Program-made: the position numbers and the translations under genes
Shown here: one piece after another, positions 48,160-60,096 of the stretch
Layout of the letters: each line of letters starts with the position of its first letter
Numbering within the stretch: the stretch's first letter is position 1
IMG/VR virus record: IMGVR_UViG_3300037067_003400
Location: 1-64,000 of that record
Source of the DNA: a virus
Taxonomy: Duplodnaviria; Caudoviricetes
Length of the DNA stretch: 64,000 nucleotides
Reading direction: 5' to 3' (one strand)
Notes under the pieces: generated by a model
Told to the model about the DNA's origin: nothing
Seen by the model: only the letters and a program-made list of their open reading frames with translations
Database searches by the model: none

Positions 48160-51100
48160 ATGTATCTACTATTTTTGATTTACCACATATTTGTTTTAGT
48201 ATTAGCCACTGCTCTTGTAGCTTATTCTATTAAGCAACAGGGTAACACTATCTTTAGTAAGATGAACTTACTATTCTACCTTGTAGGTATTGGGGCTATC
48301 GTTAAGATAGTTTATAATATTTATATGCTATTAGGTAAATAATTCTGGGATAGTTTTTTAGTCCTCTTTACTTTAGTGAGTTATAGTTATGATAAAGCAA
48401 AGATTAAATAGAGTTATTTTAAGGGCTGATAATGCTTCTGGTAGAAGACTTGTTAACAAGAAGCTTAAGAAGGTAAAACGACATTATGCCCATCTTAGGA
48501 ATTTACTATGGAAAAATTATACAAAGTCACATGGTATCCAGACGGTAAGAGCAGCAACCCAGTAACTGTTAGGACAGCAGAAGTTTTTGCCGATTTTGAT
48601 TGGCGGGCTGAATTTAAGGCTTGGGAACGTTTTAGTGGTCACGACGGTAAGTTCAGTGATTGGGTTGATGATACGAACGCAGAAACTGAGCTGTGTGTTT
48701 TTAGTGAAAAAGAAAGACGAGACAGACTGTGGCAATTGCAAAGTAGACTTGAAGATTTGAAGATGGAGCATAGCTTTATAACCTCTGAAATTGGTAAATA
48801 TAGAAAGTATATAGCTTACTGGAAGAAAGAGGTAGGTGAAGAATGATAGAGTCTATTATTACAGTTTTAGTAGTTCTTGCTTTGGTAACTGTGTTTTATG
48901 TTACCTTTTTACCATATAAGTTTAAACCTGTTACTGGAATAATTTTATTAATTATATCTTGGGTTACAGTAGCAAACGGTGTATGGTTTATATTGGACAA
49001 GGTTTTTGGTAGAATATAGGGATTAAGTAGGTATACCATGAAAAAGTTACTTACATATTTAGTGATTGGTTTTATACCAATTATTATAGTTTTAGTGCTG
49101 GGTTTTCTTATCTGGTTTCCTCTGGGTGCTCTTACTTATGAAGCTCCGGGGTCTCTTTTGTATAGTTTTGGCATAGTAGTAGGGATTATAGACATTTTAT
49201 TAGTTGCCCTTTTCTTTGGGTGGCTAATATGTGGTGGTATGGTTTCAGATTGAGGTGATACTATGAGTTTATTTAACTGGGGATTTGTTACATGTGTAAC
49301 AGGGTGTATAGTTTTCTTTATGACTCTATGGTTAGAGGAAAAGTTAACCTTAGACTCTGCTATTATATGGATGCTGGTAGCATTCATTGTAGTTATTATA
49401 GGTGCCTGTATTATGTTGGGGAGCCTTGTAGTTCCAGGTATAATCCACCTTGTAAGACAGTTATAGGTGATGATATGATGGAAAAAGATAATGGCTCTGG
49501 GTTAGATATTTTACTATGTATCTTAGTATTCTTAGCCCTTTTAGCTATTCCAGTAATTCTTGTAGAAACAGGTAAATAATATGGTAGAGTGGGGAATTAA
49601 TGATGATTGGGCTATTCGTATACTAACTGAGAATCATATTATAGCTACTGAATACAATGGGTTTAATGTGAAGATAGTTAGTGCTTCTTTAAAAGAAGTT
49701 AAGCTACTGTTAGATAATGGTAAACAAGTTGTGTTAAGTTTAAATCCGTCTCTGTCTTTTAATGAGGCAGCACGTTGTTATCTGGATAATGCTCTTGAAG
49801 AGTATGCTGTTTTAAAGATACGAACTAAAAAGGGGTGCTTAACTGTAAAGCATAAAAGTAGGTTATATGATGGAAAGTATGGAAAAAATTCAGGACATAA
49901 TTAGGAACTATGCCAGAGCTAAGGGTGTGGATGTTGATATAAATGGTATTAAGGGTGGTTTTTCTGTTAAGTTAGATGAACCCTATGGTTCTGGTTTTCC
50001 TCGTTTTGGTGACTTTCTCCTGGATGATTATGCAGATAGTTTGAAAGAAATAAAGAAAAACATTGACAAGTATGTTGATGATAACCCAGTTATTCAGGGT
50101 GAAATACTTGCTAGAGAGTTGTTTGGGTATTAGTATTATGGAAAAGTTTGCTCATGATTTGACTTATCTTGCAGCTTATGGTGGGGAGCTTGTAGAAATA
50201 AAGAAGCTTCCTATATGTTGTGAGAACTTTGACTATGAGGATGAGAAAAATCCCCAGTGTAAAGAAGATGCAGCTTATGCATTTTCTTATGAGACCCACA
50301 CTAAATACTTTTGTGCTAAGCATGCAGAAGAGTATGCTAAGAAGAATTTTATAGAGTGAGTATGATGATAATAAAATGGACTAAAGGAACCATTACAGTT
50401 GATGTAGATGGTGAAGAAGTTGAAGTCATCCAGTATGAGGGTAAGTTCTCATCTGCCAGCTTCTATATAATGGAAGTCGGAGATAACTTTTACCCAGAGT
50501 ATTGCTTACATGGTGTTAGTCTCAGTAGAAATCCCCTTAATACTTTAGAGGAAGCACAACAGATTTGTGAAAATTTCCTTGTAACGATGGGTCTTAGTAA
50601 ACAACTACGTAAGGTAAAAGTTGCTTAAGTTATAGAGAGTTGGTAGAACAATGGGTGAGAATCTTTATCTACTATATAATAAAGACACTAAGGAATGTGA
50701 CTACCAGATTAGTTTTAGCGTAGCCAAAGTAGTACCTCTTTCAGATTTCTATAGCTGTGGTATTTTAGTGTTTAGAGATTCCTCAGTTAGTTACGTTAGT
50801 TCTTTATACAACAAGTATAACGAGTCTAATGTGCATGAGGAGTATACATTTGAAACTTTCCTTCGTATGAGACATTGTGATATTAGGTTTGTCAATTATC
50901 GTTATATTGATGAAGTCTCTCTTAAGGATAAAACCATTTGTTTTTGTGATGGAAGTAAAATAGGTACTTATGAAGACCTTGGATTGTCCAGTTGCAAAAA
51001 GTATATAAGTAGTATTCGAAATAGTAGAGGGAACACAGTACTTTTTGAATGTTGTGATACTTACGAACTTATTGAAGAATGTAGGGTAGCCAATATATGT

Positions 51101-54100
51101 TGTGAGGGTAAAGCTTATTTTAACCATAAGTATAGCTATGCGTGTGTTTATAAGGTTAAAGACAATAGTGATAAACTATTCTATATTTTAGTTGAAGCTA
51201 GTCAGTGTCCTGATTCAAGTAGTATTGTTAGTATACATACTGATTTTAATGAATGCTTAGATTTCTGTGTATATGATGCTGTTAGAGCGTCCAGACATAG
51301 TAATTGTTTTGATGATGTAGCCAGAGAGAGACTGGTTGAGTGTTTTAAGTAGGTGTAAATAATGGAAGCATTGATGACAGTAACTACTGCTTTATATGTA
51401 GCAAGCACAGTTTTTTTAGTTGCAATGTGTTTACGTTTTTTAAAACGTATTAAAGATGAGCAACAGCGATGAATGCATTAGATGTTATAGACTATGTTGA
51501 GTGGTTTAATAGGCAGTATCCCTATACGTCGTTGGGTTTTGAGTTAGAACTTGATGATATGCTTGAGATACTTTACCTTGTTAATACTAAGACCAATAAA
51601 TTTAATGCCAGCTTTATTTTATGTGACTTTAAAAGTCTCGATAGTTTAAAGAATACCATTATTCATTATCTACTTCGTAGATATATAGAGCTTGAGAAGT
51701 TCTTGCATTCTGTGCAGAATTACATAGAGGAGAATATTGATGGACAAAGTGGAAGTTACGAAGAGATTAACTGAGATTACTGAGTCAGTAGACTATAAGA
51801 CTATGCATGCAGTTTCAGAGGCTTTAGAAGAGTTTCTTCAGAAGACTTATGAGAATTCATGCAGAAAATATGGTTGTAGGTCATATTCTTTTCAGGCTAT
51901 AGTCTATGATATTTGTAGTGTGCTAAAAGCTGATTATAATGACATAGAAAAGAGAATCTTTGGTAGACCTGTTACTATAACTGTCAAGGAATTAGTAGAG
52001 GTTTTCGATGCACTGGGGTTTGATTTAATTATAACCCCTAAGTTGAGGAAATAATATGAATAGTGATGATATTCGTATAACAAGGTTTATTGATCTTTGG
52101 AAGTCTACCTTTGGCAAAGAATCTAAGTATGATATACAGCATTTTTATGGAGAAAAGTGGTCAACTACTAATAGGTTATCTATTCGTTGGAAGGATTCCT
52201 ACGATTATATAGTAGAGGTTGACCTTAATTATGTGCACAGTTTATTACAACTTGTAGAACTTGTTCACAGAAAATTCGTAAATAATGTATCTTGTGTATG
52301 TTGGAAAAAGAAAGAGGATTTCTCTCCATATGCTGCTGATGTAGCTAATATGTCTAATATTCTTTCTAATATCCAACGGGTAGCAGTCTTTGATGATACT
52401 ATACTTGAAGAGCAGGTTCATGCGTTTATTAATAGTTTTCAGAAAGAATTTGGGAATGCTTGGACTGGTGGGTATAATATTTATCGGGAGGACAACGAGA
52501 GATATGGTCTTTGCGTTGTTATAACTCCTGAGCAGAAGAATCGTGAAGAATATTTTCCATTCTCTCTTGGTATTGATAAAATAATAAGTCATATATCTAA
52601 GTGGGTAGAAGCTGATATACAACAGACTATTGAAAGAGCTAAGAGAACTTTAGAAATTAAAGAATCTCAGGTTGGTCTTGTTGGTAAGATTAAAGACACT
52701 ATGCTAAAGCTGGGGTGGTTGAAAAGTTATGAACCTAAACAAGAAGAGGATATCGTTTAAGAAGTTTCATAATATAACGAGAGACTTTTACTATGTAAAT
52801 GTTTCTGTTAATATGGACCTTCAGGACAATTTATACCCAGAGATAATAGACTATCTTTGGGAAAAAGATGGGCACTTAATAAGGTACATTTTCCATATAT
52901 GGACTGCTGTTACTGATGATTCTATGAGTCGTATAGATTTCGTACCTGAGTATGGTGATAGAAGAGGTAAAGTGTTGTCTATCCCTGGGTGTCTCGATTT
53001 GAAGTTCTATTTATCTACAGTGTCACATGATACTTTTTATGTACACTTAGATGATGATGTCTTTTTAACTTTACATTTTTATTAATCTTGTTACACAGGT
53101 AACAGATTGAGTGGTATAACTATGGCAAATCATAATTGGTGTTGGGAAGGGGAGTGTGAAGATCATTGGTGTGTTTCTTGCGCTCATGGTAAAGATGACT
53201 ATTTTGTATGTGCTCCCGTTTGTGTAGAGTGTGGTGGTCATGGGAGTCATGACTTTGCTGTTAGGGGTTCTCTTCCATGTCATTGGGTGCCTGAAGTAAC
53301 TATAAAACCTATAGAATATGAGTAGGTGTTGTAATGCGAGGGTGGACTAAGAAAGTTAGAAAGATTATTATACTACCTCTATTTAAAAGGGGCGGAATAA
53401 TTTACCCAGAGAAAGGTAAGGGTAGTAAGTATAGTAGAAAGATAAAGCATCGTGGATTAGATGATTTACAGTATAAGGATGAGAGTGATGGTTGAAATAA
53501 ATTCTGTTACAAAGAAAATATATGGTATGTTTTACCCTAAAAACAATATGCTTTTTATAGACAGGATATACAAATTTATAACAGATACAATTCCTGCAGA
53601 AGCATATGACCAACCTATTAGAGACACTAATATTGGTAGTGGCATGATGCCTTACTTTTTTAGGCAAGCTAAAGGAATACCTTCTGATGATTATCATTGG
53701 AAAGGGTATGATATAGTAGGTAGCTCTGCTTTAAATCCAGCGTTGGGAGTGCATGTTACTGTTGTAGAGCAGGATAATCTTATGGGTGGGGGAGCTAAGT
53801 TTCCTGGGCATGCTATGTTTGCTGTTAGCACTCCTCCATTTAATGCTCATTTTGAGAACATAGCTCATTTATCTTATCTTATTGGAGCGGATGGTGAAGT
53901 TCATAAAGATATTTATTTATCTTGTTTGTCTCATGATATAGCAAATGCAGATTATGTTTTAGCTATAGTTCCAGCTCAATTTGCTAGTGAAGGTTTATTT
54001 ACTGATAGGTTATTGGAAGTTGTTAATATACCAGGTATATATTCTCGTAGTGTTAAGTTAGCTATATGTGCAGCCCTATTTGTTCCAGCAGATGTTAAGT

Positions 54101-57100
54101 TGAAGTTGACTGGAGATCAGTATAAGTTTTCTGTATGGGATTGTGCAACAGGTTCTACTATTAGTACATTATCCGGTGTGTGTTCTATAAAAGATCCTAA
54201 CTTTGATAGAATTAAAAGGTTTGCTGATAAGCACAACCGTAAAAGTAATTCTCCTTTTAATAGATTTGGTATCATGAGTGGTCTTAAAGATTACCGTGGT
54301 AGAAGACACATAGTTTTTTTGAGACACTATATAAATTATGGCAAGCATTTTTGTACGTCTGCGGAGTTTGATAAGATGTCTAATGCATTTGCTTATGGAG
54401 CTTATTGTAGGATTTGTGCGGACTATCCTGATTATAGTGATGAGGAGATAGTAAATCACTGTAATGCTGCTTTTACTTTATTTAGTAGAAGGTATCCTAA
54501 TTTTAGACATTATAATGATGCTTATGTTAATGGTAAGCCTTATACATTTAAATATAAAGTAGGGGTTGCTCTTAGCTTTGTATATGAACAGTTTGAGAGG
54601 GGTTGGTTATTTTGATACGACTACCTGAAGATGACTTTGAAGCTAAAGAGTATGAGATGTCTCTTCTAGATATACTAAAGATGTTTAAGACTTCTCCTGA
54701 TAGTATAGCTATTCTTTCTTATAAGAAAGAGAAAGATGAAGAAGCTATAGTTATTAGAACTAATATATGTGTTGTATTAGATACTACACTTATAAAATCT
54801 ACTGTTTCTGGGAATCCTTTGTACCGTGTAGAGTATAACTGTTCTGATGATACTGTTATGTTTTATCCAAGTTTAGAAGGTACTAAGAAGATACTTGAGA
54901 ATCTTTTTTATGCTATTGGTTTAGTAGATTCTGTAGCTTGCGATGCTTTTAAGAGGTCTTTTTATGGATAATAATACATATGTAGCAATTGTAGTAGATC
55001 GTAATGAGTGGGCTATAATTCTTTTTGAGATGTGTAAGACTCATGCCAGTGCCAGAGACTCTATTTATGAATGGGTTGTTGATCATTGGGATGATGTTGA
55101 AGATGAGTTAGGCTCCATTGATGATCATGGTGATACTGATAATGTTATCACTGCATACTTCGAAATAGAAAATTGTAATCTTTGGTGGGAAATAAAGACT
55201 ATTCCTGGAAAGTTTATATCTCCGATAAGTTATGAGTAGGTATAAGTTATGTATATTTCTTGTTACTATAGACCTGTTAATGATTACTGTGGTGACTTAG
55301 CTATATTTAATACTAAAGCTGCTGCAGATGAACATGCTATTGCTGTGGCTATGCGTAATAATGTTACATGTGATGGTGAGGATATTGCTTTAGTTTTAAA
55401 AGAGCGATATAACTTAACCTATGTGTGTAAATACTTTAGTGGCACTATCATTGAGGAGACTTCTAATCCTGATAGTATTTATCCTTATCTTATTTCTAAT
55501 GCTGAAACATCAGAGATAGTAGAACTTAACTATATTGTTCATCGTGATGTAATCTTTGCTTCTGAATTATTAGATAAAAAAATCTGGGAGTTTGTAAGAA
55601 ATAGGTGGGCGGAATATTTCCCAGGAAGAGATTGCCGCTATAATGATACCGATATAGATGATTTCTTTGATAAGAGTCCTTTTGATTATGACTATGTTAA
55701 GAAGCTTTATCGTTTTATACCAGCTCCAACGTATGAGTAGACTATTCTACATATGAGTAGGTGATTAAATGTATCTTTGTTTTGTTTGGGTTAAGCAGTC
55801 TCACACTCTTTATGATACATACTATGCTAATGATAAAGAGACTATAGATGGCTGGTGTAAAGGGTATGCTGGTTCTGATAAGTATGTCGTTGTTCTTCAC
55901 GAATTTCCTGGTAAGTGTATACAAAGAAGTATGGAAAATAGTTACTTTAATTTCTTTTGTGTTATGCGTAGAAGTGACTACAAAGTAATCCACGTAAGTC
56001 GTGGTAAAGCATCAGGTAATCTTTCTTATAAGTATGTTTCAGATAACTGGGATAGTTTTATGAATATCCCAATGGAATCTGTGAAAAATGCAGCAGATGC
56101 ATATTTTTGGGATGTAGCAACCCACCAGTTATGTAGAACTAATATTACTGCATATGGTAAGTATCAATACTTAGAATACGAGTGAGTTGTAAACAATTAA
56201 CATGTGAATAGGATATGAACATTATGATAAAAGAAATTATAATATGTGCTATACTTGGATTTTTTATTGGGTATGGTTTAGTATCTTTTGTAAAGGATAT
56301 CTGTAAAAGATCCTTGTGAGGTAGCTATGAAATTTGAAAACCGTAAGGGCGAGATTGTTGATGTAAAAGATTTGGAAACTTCTTTTCTAAAGCATCAATT
56401 GTCTTATTTTAGAAACAGATGTAGAGAAGATGAGAACTACATTGAAGCTTTTGAGAATGAGTTGAACTGTAGAAATGGGTTGCCTAATAATACTGAAAGG
56501 TGTTATCCCACAACGTGGAAGTCTAAGACTGGGGATATTCTTATCTACCAGATGAGTACAGACCATATACAAAAATGCATATCATATTTAAAGACTAATG
56601 TATCAAAAGATAAAGAGGCTATTGCTTTAATGGCTGCTGAATTTGAAACAAGAACTGATGACCATGAGTATGAGCACCCCAGTAACGGTAGCGGTGGTTA
56701 TCCATATATAGATGAGGATAACGCTGACTGTATAGACCCAATGGTTAATTGGGGTGACTAAAAGGAGGTAGTATATGCTTTCTGAAACAATAAATGCAGA
56801 CTCTTTATATCTTATAAATGGTACCTATATAAAAGTTAGTAATGTAGGGTATGAAGCAGAAACAGATACTTATTCTGTTATGCATACTTTTTGTGGTAAG
56901 ACACAGAAACTTATTATCCCAGCGAGGTCTGTGCTATACTTTGTATTAGAACAAGATAAAGCTGAGGTGAGTTAATATGCGTTGGTGGCTTCATAAAAGA
57001 AAAAAGATGTATCGTTATAAGGCTATGCTTTTGAGACCATGTAAACCAGACCCAGAAGGTTATTGTAAGACTGAAAGTTTGGCAGTGGTAATTGAGACTG

Positions 57101-57174
57101 ATATGGAAAATTTTAAGTCTTTTAAAGATGATGTCTATGGCAAGTGGATAGTAGGTGCTGTAGCAAAGATATAA
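48160..57174 (+). CDS. Dense array of about 25 small hypothetical and membrane ORFs
   Basis: Co-oriented, abutting ORFs; several are hydrophobic (48160, 49038, 49263); no recognisable enzyme motifs. Confidence 0.6.
56327..56761 (+). CDS. Protein with a tandemly duplicated small phage domain
   Basis: G.IVDVKDLETSFLKHQLSYF...AFENELNCR resembles GDILIYQMSTDHIQKCISYL...LMAAEFETR. Confidence 0.65.
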   Translation: MKFENRKGEIVDVKDLETSFLKHQLSYFRNRCREDENYIEAFENELNCRNGLPNNTERCYPTTWKSKTGDILIYQMSTDHIQKCISYLKTNVSKDKEAIALMAAEFETRTDDHEYEHPSNGSGGYPYIDEDNADCIDPMVNWGD

Positions 57175-57609
57175 AAAGTAAGTAAAGACGCACAAACAGA
57201 GGGAAGTGAAAAGATATTTAGTAGTTGTTCCTTAATTCTCATGGCATGCAACTGTCAGGACTGGAGGAGTGTATGTAGTATGTATGGTTGTACCTCAACT
57301 TATTTTTTTTGGTTCGCTTTTTAATTGAATCTTTTTTGTAGGGAGGTTAGCATGTTAGACAGTATCCTCTCTTGGCTTGGTGATTTTGATTGGTATGACT
57401 TCGATAGACCGTACTATTGTAACGGAGACATTAAGGTTTATGTCCGTAGTTTGGAAGCTACATACCTTAAATCTAAAATAGTTATCAAGTTGAGTAAAGT
57501 TGTGCTTGTAACAATAGCTGCTGTTAAACAATCTATATTAACAGCAAGCAATGCATTGAAATGCAACTCGCCTCCGGTGATGAAAACTATATAGAATAAT
57601 TATTAATTA

Positions 57610-58056
57610 GGGTTTGGCAAGAAAGGTTTACATGCCTTTGCTGTGCCAAGTGGGGTTCTTACTACCCAGGGATTAGGATTAACCCGAAGATACTTAGTAT
57701 CTTCTATATGACTGTTCTTGAAATAAGAGTGTGTCTATGCACAGATATCTCCTCATAGGCTTAGGAAGCTTGGCTTCTGTGACGGTAGCAAGATTGTAAT
57801 TGCTAACTACAATTATATACTAAACCTCTGTTAGTAGCTACCGAGACTTGGAGACCTTGTAATACAGAAACAATGCCTTAAATAGTGGCTCCCTTAGCAA
57901 CGGAGTATGCTACGTGTGTCAGTCTTGCTCGAGAATGTAGACTGTGGTTAGGGTAGAGTCGCTGTGGTGCGTACACAGACCGTAGAGATACATAACAAAC
58001 ATCTCTACCGAGATAAAGAGCTGGTTGGATTCCAGTGCTCTATCGTCAACCATATA
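57610..58056 (+). ncRNA. Large structured ncRNA candidate (unassigned)
   Basis: ORF-free, relatively GC-rich, with at least 11 helices including a three-way junction and a 3' T-loop-like hairpin. Confidence 0.65.
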
Positions 58057-58872
58057 CTTTGCAATTATTGTTAACAAATTTTGTTAAGGATGGTGTATGT
58101 TATGAGAGAACATAAAGGTTTTTGGTGGCATGTGTTAAGAGCACAAGCTATGCTATTTGGTTATGGTGCATTGATAGTAGGTGGATTTATTGCCTTAGTG
58201 CTATTTGTTACTTGGGCTTCTACGTTACATGGTATAGCTGCTCTTATATTCTGGGTATCAGTACTTCTACTAATAGGTTTAGTAGCTGGTATTATAAGCT
58301 ACATAATGCAAGATTTGTAGGGTTATAATGATGGGTAGATTAAGTGACCCAGATGTTTTAATATTGATTGCTGTAGTAGTAATAGCTATTGTTATCTTTG
58401 GCTTCTTTGCTATGTATGAGCGAGTGAATACTGAGTATATAGTAGTTATAAGGCATACTCCTAATGGGAATGTTTCTACTACATATTCTGGGTATAAACA
58501 TTCTGATATTTCTTGGGAATATAATGTCCTGTCTTTAGATTACGGCAGGGATACTTGTTATCATGAGATAAAGGGTTGTGATGTTAAGGTATACAATGAA
58601 GGTTGTGGATATCTAAAGAGAAAGTAAGGAGCATGATATGGAAAGAATAATCTGTAAAGAATGTGGTACTTGCCATGAAGAAGAGAATGGTAGCAAAGAA
58701 GTTACTGAACAGTCTGGTTTTCTTTGTGGTAGTTGCTACGAAAAACTAAGAACTATTAAGCAAGCTCAAGATACAGTTGCTTATAAAACGAGAAGCTAAT
58801 ATTTTTAGGTTATAGTGTGATGGCTTATGCCTATATCACTAATGGGTGTTACTGTTTAAAGTTTTTTTATTT

Positions 58873-58999
58873 GGGTGGCTGGACTGGTATTCTAGTGTTA
58901 GACTAGTGGGAAACTTAGGTGAGCTAATCATACTCGGATTTTTGCCCAAGGAGCTGTCCCTAAGTACTGTAGGCTCGCAATATACAGGGAACCCCACCC
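58873..58999 (+). ncRNA. About 127-nt multi-stem structured RNA candidate
   Basis: GGGTGG/CCACCC closing stem followed by a T run; internal CTAGT/ACTAG, ACTTAGG/CCTAAGT and CTGTA/TACAG stems. Confidence 0.5.
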
Positions 59000-59027
59000 T
59001 TTTACACCCATCTATAGGAGGTTAATT

Positions 59028-59489
59028 ATGAAATCGTTTATTGGTATTGCATTAGTTTTTATTGTAGTATTTGCTGTAATTAGTGGCATCTTCTCTGTAG
59101 TAGGGTGGCTTACTAAAGCATCCAAGGTAGTAGAGAAAGAGGTTGACCCAGCGAATCTACAGAGGAAATATGAGTGGTTTAAAGACCAGTCTGCTGCCCT
59201 TACCCAATTAAATGCAGACATCAAGGTATACTATACTAATGTGTCTGAGATGAAGTCTGACTACAAGGGTATTCATAGAAGTAAGTGGACTAGAGATGAT
59301 AGGAACCAGTATGCACAGTGGAGAGCTGAGTGTGCTGGTGTAGTAGCTAAGTATAATGAGCTGGCTGCTGAATACAATAGCCAGATGGCTAAGTGGAATT
59401 GGAAGTTTTGTAATGTGGGTAGTCTTCCCAAGGGAGCCAGTGAGGTTTTACCTAAAGCTTATGCTCCTTATAAGACAGATTTGGAGTAA
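59028..59489 (+). CDS. Membrane-anchored helical protein
   Basis: N-terminal TM helix; YEWFK...YN..AAEYN. Confidence 0.7.
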   Translation: MKSFIGIALVFIVVFAVISGIFSVVGWLTKASKVVEKEVDPANLQRKYEWFKDQSAALTQLNADIKVYYTNVSEMKSDYKGIHRSKWTRDDRNQYAQWRAECAGVVAKYNELAAEYNSQMAKWNWKFCNVGSLPKGASEVLPKAYAPYKTDLE

Positions 59490-59492
59490 CCT

Positions 59493-60041
59493 GTGAAAAT
59501 TCTATTAAGTTTTTGTGTAGTATTAATGATACTACTTAGTGGTTGTGAGTCTCAACCTGTAGAGACTGCTATAGATTCTCCTAAGAGAGTTCAGGTAAAA
59601 GTAAAGACAGATTCCGATGGGTTAACTGTAGAGCAGAAGAATATATCCAGGAGACTTACAGAAGATAATAAACCTGGGGCTGTTAAACATTTATACCTTA
59701 TTTCACCGTATTCTGGACAAGCTATAATGTATTCTACTGTCAATGGTAAAGTTACTTCCTCTGAGAAGAGGCTTACTCCTAAGACTGTTGGATGCACTGG
59801 TGGAGAATATGTATATAGGGAGAATAGGGGTATTGCGGTTGCACTACCTAATGAAGGCACTAAAAATACCCCAGAGGTATTAGGTGATGATGGTACTTAT
59901 GGAGATAGCTACCAGTATATTTACTGGTGGGATACTAAAGGAAGATATCATCAAGTTATTCCTGGGAATTGTATAGTCCTGATTACAGATAAGCCGCTGG
60001 TAACTAATAAGGTTACTATTGATTTGAGGAATGTGCAATAA
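59493..60041 (+). CDS. Lipoprotein
   Basis: Signal peptide with LSGC lipobox; HLYLIS, GKVTS, DDGTYG motifs. Confidence 0.7.
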   Translation: MKILLSFCVVLMILLSGCESQPVETAIDSPKRVQVKVKTDSDGLTVEQKNISRRLTEDNKPGAVKHLYLISPYSGQAIMYSTVNGKVTSSEKRLTPKTVGCTGGEYVYRENRGIAVALPNEGTKNTPEVLGDDGTYGDSYQYIYWWDTKGRYHQVIPGNCIVLITDKPLVTNKVTIDLRNVQ

Positions 60042-60096
60042 AACAAGAAGAGATAGATGAACTCTTTACTATAGAAATAGAATAGTTGGTGCTAAT

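Noticed and set aside
58011-58052. tRNA or tmRNA 3' end (GGTTGGATTCC...ACCA)
   Set aside because: No acceptor stem or D-arm geometry and no tmRNA 5' end could be built; kept only as part of the unassigned ncRNA.
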